This document shows positions 1 to 8,674 of a stretch of DNA of 40,040 nucleotides, in pieces. The notes under the pieces were generated by a model. The model made no database searches and had not been told where the DNA came from. It worked only from the letters and a program-made list of their open reading frames with translations. The stretch is from NCBI GenBank assembly GCA_964501495.1, contig CAZCTU010000001.1:1-40040 (forward strand), in the 5' to 3' direction. The position numbers and the translations under genes were made by a program. Positions within the stretch are counted from its first letter, which is position 1, and each line of letters starts with the position of its first letter. The DNA is from an uncultured Ramlibacter sp. (GTDB lineage: Bacteria > Pseudomonadota > Gammaproteobacteria > Burkholderiales > Burkholderiaceae_C).

Positions 1-2
1 AT

Positions 3-302
3 GCGGTGGCCTACAACCACCTGGGCATGCCGGTGGGCACCGGGCGTCTGCTGCCGGCCGAGGGGGGCGCGAGCAAGATCGGCCGCATGGCGGTGCATGA
101 GGCGCTGCGCGGGACCGGCCTCGGCCGCCGCGTGTTGCGGGAGTTGATGGCCGCCGCGCAGGCCCGGGGGGACGGGGAAATCAGCCTGCACGCCCAGCGA
201 TCCGCCGAGAGCTTTTACGCAGGGGAAGGATTCGCACCCATGGGTGAGCCCTTCGACGAGGTGGGCATCCCCCACATCGCGATGGTCTACCGGGTGGGGT
301 GA
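3..302 (+). CDS. GNAT N-acetyltransferase (ElaA/YjcF-like), 3' part; gene begins before the window
   Basis: KIGRMAV..LRGTGLG acetyl-CoA motif A, LHAQ..AESFY..GF and PFDEVGIPHIAM; the frame is open to the window edge. Confidence 0.85.
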   Translation, partial: AVAYNHLGMPVGTGRLLPAEGGASKIGRMAVHEALRGTGLGRRVLRELMAAAQARGDGEISLHAQRSAESFYAGEGFAPMGEPFDEVGIPHIAMVYRVG

Positions 303-317
303 GCGGCCCGGCGGACC

Positions 318-1511
318 CTAGCCTTGCAGCGGGTCCGATCGTGCCGGCGTGAAAGACGACGGCAGGGGTCCCAAGGTGCTGGCGGGTGCCCCGCCTTGTG
401 CCGCTTCGAGCTGCACCGCTTCACCAGCGCCTGCCTGACCCAGAGGTACGACAAGGCCGGCTGGGTACCCAGGTATCAGCGCGGCGGTGCGGCTGGCGAT
501 CATGTCGGCACATTCCGCGGCGAGTTTCGGGTCCTGGATGTGGTCCTGGACGAGTGCGATCAGGGTGTTATGTCCGTCCAGTGTGACGTCCTGGCCTCGT
601 CGGGTGGGCATGTACGCCTTCAGGATCACGGCAAGCACTGTTTTCACGTCCGCTGCCGTCTGCGGTTCTTTGCCAGGTTCTCCCCCTGACTTCAGGTGAT
701 GAGCGTTCAACGCCGCGAAGGTGGCGGCCAGGTCCTCGTGCTTGATGCTGTCCCCCTGCATCCACGATACGGATTCCAACGCAACCATGGCGCTGTGGGG
801 CCAGGCCTGACTGTCCTTCAGGTAGTGCTCCACCGCCGTGAGCAGGCGACTCTTCAGAGGCGCCGTCGCGCCAGGCGTCGTCCAACCGCCTTTTTCACTC
901 AGCAGGTTCAGACATCTCTTTTGCAGGTCAGGGTCTCGGATTTCCTTGGTGATCGCCAGATGGAGCCCCGCCACATCCTCCAGCGTCAGCGGGTGCGCTC
1001 CGCGGCCGGTCTTTGTATCGATCATCACCGAGAGCATCGCGATCACGGCGACCGGGTTCGTCCCGCCCTCGGAATGGAGCCCGCCGTCGATGCGTCGGGC
1101 ATGAGGTGTCGCCGCTTCGCGCAAAGCCCAGCGCATCCCCGCGTCTGACATTTTTCGCCCACCCAGCGAATGGCAGACTTCGCCGGCCAGCTTCTCGAGG
1201 ATGCGCCACTCACTCCTGCGCAGGACATGCGCCTGGAATTGGCCCATGTTTTCTCGCGCGTTTTCGGCCTGGCGCCGTCCGACCTTCGTCAGATCCCTGC
1301 AGTTACGGCTCCGAAGGAGGGGGGCCCGGGGCGGCGGCTCGCTAGCCGGACGCGTCGCCGCCGACCCCGCCGGACCTGCCGCGCCCTTGCTCCGCAGATC
1401 ACGGCTCGAACCGGCGGTGGAGGGCGTCTTCTCTAGCGCCTTGCTCGCGGTTGCATTGCCTGCGCTCGTCGCCGATTTGAAGCTGAACGCGTTTCTGATG
1501 GTTGAAAACAT
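318..1511 (-). CDS. Hypothetical 397-aa protein with a Ser/Ala/Pro-rich N-terminus and an internal tandem domain duplication; possible secreted effector
   Basis: Long ORF filling the gap between the GNAT gene and ygfZ; GGAGG(GTGAGG) RBS upstream of ATG; no recognisable family motif. Confidence 0.7.
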   Translation of the reverse strand: MFSTIRNAFSFKSATSAGNATASKALEKTPSTAGSSRDLRSKGAAGPAGSAATRPASEPPPRAPLLRSRNCRDLTKVGRRQAENARENMGQFQAHVLRRSEWRILEKLAGEVCHSLGGRKMSDAGMRWALREAATPHARRIDGGLHSEGGTNPVAVIAMLSVMIDTKTGRGAHPLTLEDVAGLHLAITKEIRDPDLQKRCLNLLSEKGGWTTPGATAPLKSRLLTAVEHYLKDSQAWPHSAMVALESVSWMQGDSIKHEDLAATFAALNAHHLKSGGEPGKEPQTAADVKTVLAVILKAYMPTRRGQDVTLDGHNTLIALVQDHIQDPKLAAECADMIASRTAALIPGYPAGLVVPLGQAGAGEAVQLEAAQGGAPASTLGPLPSSFTPARSDPLQG

Positions 1512-1608
1512 GCCTCACCCTCCGGGTCGTGAAGCCCATCAGTAACGTCAGCAAATTGTTGGTTCGACTCCCTGCTTTTCTGTTTGCTTGTCTGCGCGAA
1601 TTGGAGCC

Positions 1609-2583
1609 TCAGATGTCCAGGCGCAACGCGTAGGGAACGGGGCGAAGGGATAGGGGGGCTCCGGCCACTTGCAGATCGGCGCCGTCGGGCGCCGTCGATG
1701 TGCTCACCGAGACGATCCCTTCCGATACGCCGGCCTTCGGGCTCCAGGAAGATGCCTGCACGACCAGCCCGCAGGGCTGATCGTCGCCGGCGATGAACAC
1801 CTCTTGCCCTGCGGACAGAGAGCCCTGGGCCTGCGCGAGGAATGCTCGCCGCTTGATCTGCCCCCGGAACTGGCTGCGCGCCACCACCTCCTGGCCGGGG
1901 TAGCACCCCTTCTTGAAGTTCACGGCGTCCACGGATTCGTAATTGAGCATCTGGGGCACGAAGGCCTCAGCGACCGGACCGGTGACGGTGGCGACGCCGC
2001 TGCGGACGTCGGACCACAGCCAGGCCTCGCGGGACAGCGCCGGAACTTGCGGCTCTGTCGTGCCGGCCGGCGCCAGCCATAGCGCGCGCGGCACGCCGTC
2101 GGCGGGGTACAGGGCCACGGTGTGGGCCGGGCCGTCGACCCTGTCGGTCCACGGTTCGGGCATCTCCGGCGCCGGCAGGCCCAGCGCCGCGCGGGCCGCC
2201 TCTCCAGCCAGGCCGCGCAGCTCGAAGGCGCCCGTGGCATCACTCAACTTGACCTTGGCCCTCAGGACGAACATCTGCAGCCGCTTGAGCGTGGGCGCCA
2301 GGATGTCGGCCGACACCACCAGGGCGAAGTCGTCCGGCGCCAGGCGCACCGCGACGAAGCTGGCCAGCAGCCGCCCCTTGGCCGAGCAGAAGCCCGCGAA
2401 CCGGGCTCGCCCCTCCGGCAGAAGCATGAAGTCCTGCGTGAGCTGGCTGTGGAGGAACTTCGCGGCTTCCTCGCCCTGGGCGCGGATCACGCCGAGGTGG
2501 GGGAGGGCGCAGGCGCCTTCGAGCGAGGCGGGGGCAGAGGCCGGCGAGGTCGGGGAGGACGAGGCTGCAGAGGGGGCGGTCAT
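1609..2583 (-). CDS. ygfZ: Folate-binding Fe-S cluster/tRNA-modification protein YgfZ
   Basis: KGCYPGQE signature, FLHSQLTQD and KGRLLA; start taken at MTAPS (2583); divergent from mltG. Confidence 0.93.
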   Translation of the reverse strand: MTAPSAASSSPTSPASAPASLEGACALPHLGVIRAQGEEAAKFLHSQLTQDFMLLPEGRARFAGFCSAKGRLLASFVAVRLAPDDFALVVSADILAPTLKRLQMFVLRAKVKLSDATGAFELRGLAGEAARAALGLPAPEMPEPWTDRVDGPAHTVALYPADGVPRALWLAPAGTTEPQVPALSREAWLWSDVRSGVATVTGPVAEAFVPQMLNYESVDAVNFKKGCYPGQEVVARSQFRGQIKRRAFLAQAQGSLSAGQEVFIAGDDQPCGLVVQASSWSPKAGVSEGIVSVSTSTAPDGADLQVAGAPLSLRPVPYALRLDI

Positions 2584-2676
2584 CGCTGAATTATCATCCC
2601 CGCATCCCGCCCGCTCCCCTGAGCGGGGCCTATTTCCCCACGGCCCTCCCACCCGTTTTTCACCCGTCTTCCACCC

Positions 2677-3672
2677 TTGCGGCGCCTCATCTCCCGACTG
2701 TTCTGGCTCTCGCTCCTCGCCGCCCTCCTGGCCGGCGGTGCGGGCGTCTGGTGGGTGCTGAGCCCCATCCCGCTCAAGGCGCCCCTGGTCGACCTGTCCA
2801 TCGAGCCCGGCACCCGGCCCAGGGACGTGGCCCAGGCGGTGCGCGACGCCGGCGCGGACGTGTCGCCGACCCTGCTCCTGTGGTGGTTCCGCCTCTCGGG
2901 CCAGTCGCGCCTGATCAAGGCCGGCAGCTACGAGCTCGAGACCGGCATCACCCCGCGCGCCCTCCTGTCCAAGCTCGCCCGGGGCGACCAGGCCCAGGGC
3001 GCGGTGAGCCTGATCGAGGGCTGGACCTTCCGCCAGTTCCGCGCCGCCCTGGCCAAGGAAAAGGACCTGCGCCCCGACAGCGCCGGCCTCAGCGACGAGG
3101 CCCTGATGGAAAGGCTCGGACGCCCGGGCGTGCCGGCCGAGGGCCGCTTCTTCCCCGACACCTACACCTACGGCAAGGGCTCGAGCGACCTGCACCTGAT
3201 GGAGCGCGCCCTGCGGGCGATGGACCGCCACCTGGCCCAGGCCTGGGCCCAGCGGGCGGCGGACTCGGTGCTGCGCTCACCCGAAGACGCGCTCACATTG
3301 GCCAGCATCGTCGAAAAGGAAACCGGCCGCGGCAGCGACCGGCCGCTGATCTCGGCCGTCTTCCACAACCGGCTTCGCATCGGCATGCCCCTGCAGACCG
3401 ACCCGACCGTGATCTACGGCCTGGGTGCCGCCTTCGACGGCAACCTGCGCCGCGCCGATTTGCGCGCCGACACGCCCTGGAACACCTACACCCGCACGGG
3501 CCTGCCGCCCACGCCCATCGCCATGCCCGGCAAGGCGGCCCTGCTCGCAGCGGTGCAGCCGGCGTCGAGCAAGGCGCTGTACTTCGTCGCCCGCGGCGAC
3601 GGCAGCAGCCAGTTCAGCGAGAACCTGGACGACCACAACCGGGCGGTGAACAAATTCCAGCGCGGGCAGTGA
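2677..3672 (+). CDS. mltG: Endolytic transglycosylase MltG (YceG)
   Basis: N-terminal TM anchor, EGRFFPDTY, LASIVEKET, LQTDPTVIYG and WNTYTRTGLPPTPIAMPG; upstream of tmk. Confidence 0.96.
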   Translation: MRRLISRLFWLSLLAALLAGGAGVWWVLSPIPLKAPLVDLSIEPGTRPRDVAQAVRDAGADVSPTLLLWWFRLSGQSRLIKAGSYELETGITPRALLSKLARGDQAQGAVSLIEGWTFRQFRAALAKEKDLRPDSAGLSDEALMERLGRPGVPAEGRFFPDTYTYGKGSSDLHLMERALRAMDRHLAQAWAQRAADSVLRSPEDALTLASIVEKETGRGSDRPLISAVFHNRLRIGMPLQTDPTVIYGLGAAFDGNLRRADLRADTPWNTYTRTGLPPTPIAMPGKAALLAAVQPASSKALYFVARGDGSSQFSENLDDHNRAVNKFQRGQ

Positions 3673-3727
3673 GGCCCGGACCCCGGCCCTCAGGCACTGA
3701 CCCGACACCACGCGAACAAGAACGGAC

Positions 3728-4456
3728 ATGGCGGCAATGAACGGAACCTCCCAAGCGGCCAAGGCCCAGGCAGCGGCGACCGGCCTGTTCCTCACCTTCG
3801 AGGGCATCGACGGCGCAGGCAAGTCCACCCACATCCAGGCCCTGGCCGAAGCCTTCGCCGCCGCCGGCCGTGAGGTCGTCACCTCCCGTGAGCCGGGCGG
3901 CACGCCGCTGGGCGAGAAGCTGCGGACCCTGGCGCTCAACGACCCGATGGACCCGCTCACCGAGGCGCTGCTGATGTTCGCCGCCCGCCGTGAGCACCTG
4001 GCGCAGGTGATCGAGCCCGCCCTCGCCGAAGGCAAGGTGGTGCTGTGCGACCGCTTCACCGACGCCACCTTCGCCTACCAGGGCGGCGGCCGCGGCTTCG
4101 ACTGGCAGGTGCTGGTCCAGCTCGAGGCCATGGTGCAGGACACACGCGGTCTCGGGGGACGCGCTGCTGCGGAGGCGGAGCAGGGCGCCCGGGCCACGGG
4201 CACGGCGCTTCGCCAACCCGATCTCACCCTCCTGTTCGCCCTCGACCCGGCCGAGGCCGCCCGCCGCCTGGCCGGCGCCCGGGTGCCGGACAAGTTCGAG
4301 TCCCAGCCTGCCGCCTTCTTCGACCAGGTGCAGGAGGCTTATCTGCGCCGGGCCGCCGAGTCGCCGGCCCGCTTTGCCCGCATCGACGCCGCCCAGGCCC
4401 GGGAGGCGGTGTGGGCGTCGGTACGCGCCGCGGTGGCCGGCCGGGGCTGGCTCTGA
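3728..4456 (+). CDS. tmk: Thymidylate (dTMP) kinase
   Basis: [12 protein letters not shown]-loop, REPGGT and [15 protein letters not shown]. Confidence 0.96.
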   Translation: MAAMNGTSQAAKAQAAATGLFLTFEGIDGAGKSTHIQALAEAFAAAGREVVTSREPGGTPLGEKLRTLALNDPMDPLTEALLMFAARREHLAQVIEPALAEGKVVLCDRFTDATFAYQGGGRGFDWQVLVQLEAMVQDTRGLGGRAAAEAEQGARATGTALRQPDLTLLFALDPAEAARRLAGARVPDKFESQPAAFFDQVQEAYLRRAAESPARFARIDAAQAREAVWASVRAAVAGRGWL

Positions 4457-4556
4457 GCCCCCCCTCGCCACCGGGGCTCATGGCCGATTTGCCACACACC
4501 CCGCCCGGGATCACTCCGACACCTCGCCCGGCCCGCCCAGCCCGCACAATAGACCC

Positions 4557-5609
4557 ATGACCGCCCGCTCCCCCGCGCCTGATCACGCCGACGCCGCTGC
4601 CGGCGCGCTCCCGCCAGCGCCCTGGATCCAGCGCCAGCGGCAGGCCCTGCTGTCGCGGCCCGGGCATGCGCTCCTGCTGCAAGGCCCCTCGGGCCTGGGC
4701 CAGTTCGACCTGGCCATTGCCCTGGCCCGCGCCTGGCTGTGCGAGACGCCGACGGAGGAGGGCGCCTGCGGCCACTGCCCCAGCTGCCACGCCATCGACG
4801 TCCACACCCATGGTGACCTGTGCGTGCTCATGCCCGAGGTCGACATGCTCGAGCTGGGCTGGCCCCTGTCCGAGAAGGCCCAGTCCGATATCGACGACAA
4901 GAAGCGCAAGCCCAGCAAGGAGATCCGGGTCGAGGCCCTGCGCGACGCGCTCGAGTTCGCCCAGCGCACCAGCGGCCGCGGCCAGGGCAAGGTGGTCCTG
5001 GTCTACCCCGCCGAGCGCATGAATCATGTGACGGCCAACGCCCTGCTCAAGACGCTGGAAGAGCCGGTGGGCGAAGTCCGCTTCGTGCTGGCCACCGAGG
5101 CGGCGCACCAGCTGCTGCCCACCATCCGCAGCCGCTGCCAGGGCCACACCATGGCTTGGCCGGAAGAGGGTGAGGCGCTGGCCTGGCTCCAGGACCAGGG
5201 CCTGCCCGCGGGCGACGCCCAGGTGCTGCTGCGCGCCAGCGGCAGCCGGCCCGAGGACGCACTGCGCGCGGCCCGCGCCGGTCGCGACGCCCGGCAATGG
5301 CGGCAGCTGCCCAAGGCGGTGGCCCGTGGCGACGTGGCGGCCTTGGCCGACATGGCACCCGCCGACGCGATCGACGCGCTGCAAAAGCTCTGCCACGACC
5401 TGCTCGCCCAGTCCTCCGGTGGCAAGCCACGTTTCTTCGAGCCGGCCGATCTGCCGCCCGCGGCGCCCCTGCACCAGCTGGCCGCCTGGTGGCGCGAACT
5501 CTCCGGCCAGCTGCGCAGCGCCGAGCACCCGTTCAACGCCGGCCTGATGCTGGAATCGCTTGTGAGCCGGGCGAGGGCGGCCCTACACTCCGGCCGAGCC
5601 GCCGCATGA
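4557..5609 (+). CDS. holB: DNA polymerase III subunit delta'
   Basis: HALLLQGPSGLG, Zn motif CGHCPSC, ANALLKTLEEP and LLPTIRSRC; tmk-holB-pilZ-tatD synteny; start at MTARS. Confidence 0.95.
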   Translation: MTARSPAPDHADAAAGALPPAPWIQRQRQALLSRPGHALLLQGPSGLGQFDLAIALARAWLCETPTEEGACGHCPSCHAIDVHTHGDLCVLMPEVDMLELGWPLSEKAQSDIDDKKRKPSKEIRVEALRDALEFAQRTSGRGQGKVVLVYPAERMNHVTANALLKTLEEPVGEVRFVLATEAAHQLLPTIRSRCQGHTMAWPEEGEALAWLQDQGLPAGDAQVLLRASGSRPEDALRAARAGRDARQWRQLPKAVARGDVAALADMAPADAIDALQKLCHDLLAQSSGGKPRFFEPADLPPAAPLHQLAAWWRELSGQLRSAEHPFNAGLMLESLVSRARAALHSGRAAA

Positions 5610-6085
5610 ACACACCCGCCCAACCCACCCCGTCTGCGCCTCCCGCCCCTGCGGCTTCCGCGGCTTCCGCGACTTCCGTGGCCGCATCCGGTGCGGGCGT
5701 CGCCCAGGGCCCTGCCGGAATACCAGGTGCCGGCGCCGCAGCCAGCCCGCGGCCCAGCGTGATCCAGCTCGCCATCAAGGAAAAGGCCGCGCTCTACGCC
5801 GCCTACATCCCCTTGTTCAAGGAAGGCGGCGTCTTCATCCCCACCACCCGCGACTACCGGCTCGGCGACGACGTCTACATCCTGCTGTCGCTGCCCGATG
5901 ACCCCCAGCGCTACCCGGTCGCCGGCAAGGTGGCCTGGATCACCCCGGCCCGTGCGGCCGGCAACCGCACCCAGGGCGTGGGGGTGCGCTTTCCCGGTGA
6001 CGAGAAGTCCCGGGTGCTCAGGCTCAAGATCGAGGAAATCCTCGGGTCCCACCTGGTCTCCGACCGGCCGACCCAGACGCTTTGA
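5606..6085 (+). CDS. pilZ: Type IV pilus assembly PilZ-domain protein with a low-complexity N-terminal extension
   Basis: LYAAYIPLF..GGVFIPT, GKVAWITP and GVGVRF; ATGA overlap with holB. Confidence 0.9.
   Translation: MNTPAQPTPSAPPAPAASAASATSVAASGAGVAQGPAGIPGAGAAASPRPSVIQLAIKEKAALYAAYIPLFKEGGVFIPTTRDYRLGDDVYILLSLPDDPQRYPVAGKVAWITPARAAGNRTQGVGVRFPGDEKSRVLRLKIEEILGSHLVSDRPTQTL
5651..5677 (+). repeat. Short 9-bp tandem repeat (GCGGCTTCC x2 then GCGACTTCC) in the pilZ 5' region
   Basis: Read directly from the sequence; encodes AAS-AAS-ATS. Confidence 0.6.
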
Positions 6086-6097
6086 CCGTTCCCCTGC

Positions 6098-6907
6098 ATG
6101 TTTGTCGATTCCCACTGCCACCTCACCTTTCCCGAACTCGCCTCCGACCTTCCCCGCATCCGTGAGGCCATGGCCCAGGCCCGCGTCGACCGCGCCCTGT
6201 GCATCTGCACCACGATGGAAGAGTTCGACACCGTCCACGCCCTGGCCCTGAAGCACGACAACTTCTGGTGCACGGTGGGCGTGCACCCCGACAACGAGGG
6301 GATTCACGAGCCGAGCCAGGCCGAACTGGTCGAGGGAGCGGGCCGCCCCCGGGTGGTGGCGATCGGCGAGACCGGGCTGGACTACTACCAGATGGACGAG
6401 CGCAAGGGCGGCCGCGGCATCGCCGACATGGAATGGCAGCGGGAGCGCTTCCGCACGCACATCCGGGCGGCCCGGCAGGTCGGCAAGCCGCTGGTCATCC
6501 ACACCCGGCAGGCGTCCGAGGACACCATCGCCATCCTGGACGAGGAGGGCGAGAACGGCTCGGCCGAGTCCGTGGGCGGGGTCTTCCATTGCTTCACCGA
6601 GACGGCCGAGGTGGCACGAGCGGCGCTTGACCGGGGGTTCTACATCTCGTTTTCCGGCATCCTGACCTTCAAGAGCGCGGCCGACCTGCGCGAGGTGGCC
6701 AAGCTGGTGCCCCTGGACCGGATGCTGATCGAGACCGACAGCCCCTACCTGGCGCCGGTGCCGTACCGGGGCAAGACGAACAACCCGTCCTTCGTGCCCT
6801 ATGTCGCGGCCCAGATCGCCGAACTGCGGGGCACCACCTCGGAGGCCATCGGCCAGGCCACCAGCGCCAATTTCGAGCGGCTTTTCAGCGGTGTCGTGGC
6901 CGCCTGA
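6098..6907 (+). CDS. tatD: TatD family deoxyribonuclease (YcfH-like)
   Basis: DSHCH, GVHP, AIGETGLDYY, HTR, GVFHCF and ETDSPYLAP. Confidence 0.95.
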   Translation: MFVDSHCHLTFPELASDLPRIREAMAQARVDRALCICTTMEEFDTVHALALKHDNFWCTVGVHPDNEGIHEPSQAELVEGAGRPRVVAIGETGLDYYQMDERKGGRGIADMEWQRERFRTHIRAARQVGKPLVIHTRQASEDTIAILDEEGENGSAESVGGVFHCFTETAEVARAALDRGFYISFSGILTFKSAADLREVAKLVPLDRMLIETDSPYLAPVPYRGKTNNPSFVPYVAAQIAELRGTTSEAIGQATSANFERLFSGVVAA

Positions 6908-6911
6908 CATC

Positions 6912-7568
6912 ATGAGAATTTACGCGAAGTTAATTGCATATCTTATTGTCGCAATTGGATTTTCCTCCGCAAAAGCCGGGCCGCTCGAGGACTTTTTCGC
7001 AGCCATCAAGCGCGACGACGCCTGGGCGGTGAGCAGCTTGCTCCAGGCCGGCGTCGACCCGAATACACCCGGTCCCGAACGCCAAGTCGGCCTGTATCTG
7101 GCCCTCCGGGAACCGTCGCTCAAGGCCGCCCAGGTCCTGGCCGACTGGCCGAGGACGAACATCGACCTGCGCAACGCGGCCGATGAAACTCCGCTGATGA
7201 TGGCCGCGCTCAAGGGGCACCTGGCCCTGGCCCGGCGGCTCATCGAGCGTGGCGCCGACGTGAACAAGCCGGGCTGGGCGCCGCTGCATTACGCCGCCAC
7301 CGGCGGCCAGATCCCGCTGATCCAGCTGCTGCTGGATCAGCATGCCTATATCGATGCCGAGTCGCCCAACGGCACCACGCCGCTGATGATGGCCGCCCAG
7401 TACGGCACGACGGCCGCGGTGAAGGCTTTGCTCGAGGCGGGCGCCGATCCGACGCTCAAGAACCAGCTGGGCCTGACCGCACGCGACTTCGCGGTGCGTG
7501 GCGGACGACAGGAGGTGGTCGACCTGATCGCAACCAGCAACCGGGCCAAGTTGCCCAAGGCCTGGTAA
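6912..7568 (+). CDS. Ankyrin-repeat protein with a signal peptide
   Basis: Repeats TPLMMAA..G, APLHYAA and TPLMMAAQYG with GADVN/GADP; hydrophobic N-terminus ending AKA. Confidence 0.9.
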   Translation: MRIYAKLIAYLIVAIGFSSAKAGPLEDFFAAIKRDDAWAVSSLLQAGVDPNTPGPERQVGLYLALREPSLKAAQVLADWPRTNIDLRNAADETPLMMAALKGHLALARRLIERGADVNKPGWAPLHYAATGGQIPLIQLLLDQHAYIDAESPNGTTPLMMAAQYGTTAAVKALLEAGADPTLKNQLGLTARDFAVRGGRQEVVDLIATSNRAKLPKAW

Positions 7569-7706
7569 GTCAAGCCCAACGCCCGGGGCGACCGGTCCTG
7601 GGACGCAAGCCCGGAACCCGCCAACCGCCATCGGGAGATGGCCCGGGACAGCGCCTTTCCAGACCCAGTCAGCTCTCGGGGCCATGCGCCCATTTTAAAT
7701 ACGATG

Positions 7707-7720
7707 TTCGTTATGTCAAA
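7707..7720. promoter_or_regulatory. Operator-like site TTCGTTATGTCAAA in an AT-rich intergenic patch
   Basis: 12/14 identical to TTCGATATATCAAA at 31859-31872; lies within the AT-rich tract 7691-7730. Confidence 0.35.
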
Positions 7721-7854
7721 TAATATCCTGAGAGGGAATTGAGCGTCCGGCGATGGAGTCGCACCACCGCCCCACCCGCCGGTACCCCGGGGTTCTTCAG
7801 GACATCGAATGGAGCCGGACCCCGGACCGGGCTGACCGGACCGAGGCTCGCCCT

Positions 7855-8601
7855 TCACTGAACGAACGGTTTGGCCGCGCCTTCCCAGGCCTGGGTCGGC
7901 ACCAGCACCCAGCCGGAAGCCGCCGTGGTCTGGACCAGACCGCCTGCCCGGGCCGCGAGCGCCCGCCCCAGCTGATGCCCGCCGGGACTCGCCACCGCGC
8001 GGTAGCCCGCGTCCCCGGCGGCCAGCATCTGGGCCTGCTTGAAGTGATGCCCCAGCCCATGACCACGCAGCTCCCCGGCCAGGCCCATGCGCGAGATGCA
8101 GACCTCCTCGGGCGCCAATCCATGACCGGCCAGCCAGGCCCTGTCCAGTGGCATCTCGCAGACCTCGGGCCGTTGCTCGATGGCCGCGAACCCGAGCACC
8201 TCGCCGCGCCGGGACAGGATGAAGGCATCCTCGCCCAAGCTGGCCGCCTGCCACAGCATTTCCTTGACCCGTTCGACCGTCCCGGCGGGGTTGCCGGGAC
8301 GCGGCTCCGACCCCAAAGGCGTGCGTTCGAGAAACAGCGCCAGGCTGCCGGCGTCCGCCGGATGGGGCCGCCGAAGTCGGCCGGTCGCGCCCCCCGGGAG
8401 TGCCAGGACCCATTCCCTCTCCAGCTTGGAAGACCGGCGGGCTTCGAGGGTCCAGCCGGCCTCGTAGGGCGCGTCGATCGCCTTCGCCAGCGCCCCGGCC
8501 AGCGCCGGATGGGTGCTTGCCAGAGCGCCGAGCTGGAGGGAAGACGCTGTTCGCCCTGACCAGGACGCAGCGGACAAGTTTCTCGGGATCCGGGGCACCA
8601 T
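7855..8601 (-). CDS. Divergent GNAT-fold acetyltransferase-like protein with an N-terminal extension
   Basis: AGGAG RBS upstream of ATG; GEVLGFAAI strand and LAGELRGHGLG (RxxGxG motif A) followed by AGDAGYRAV. Confidence 0.6.
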   Translation of the reverse strand: MVPRIPRNLSAASWSGRTASSLQLGALASTHPALAGALAKAIDAPYEAGWTLEARRSSKLEREWVLALPGGATGRLRRPHPADAGSLALFLERTPLGSEPRPGNPAGTVERVKEMLWQAASLGEDAFILSRRGEVLGFAAIEQRPEVCEMPLDRAWLAGHGLAPEEVCISRMGLAGELRGHGLGHHFKQAQMLAAGDAGYRAVASPGGHQLGRALAARAGGLVQTTAASGWVLVPTQAWEGAAKPFVQ

Positions 8602-8674
8602 GGCGTTTCTCCTGTCGAAGTGGAAGGAGACGCGAGGCTAGTGCGGGTCGGACCCGCCCAAGGGGCGCAAGCCC

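Noticed and set aside
1556-1575. GGTTCGACTCCC, resembling a tRNA T-loop or att remnant
   Set aside because: The T-stem pairs at only two positions next to the loop, and no acceptor, D or anticodon arm or CCA end is present.
1512-1650. PIP/hrpII box upstream of the effector-like gene (TTCGC half-sites on the minus strand at 1596-1600 and 1642-1646)
   Set aside because: No second TTCG at the required 20-bp period and no correctly spaced YANNNT; the same check failed upstream of 8601.
7753-8559. 268-aa plus-strand ORF after the AT-rich patch
   Set aside because: Arg/Pro/Gly-rich with no motifs, and antisense to the GNAT-like gene, which has a better RBS and a recognisable motif.
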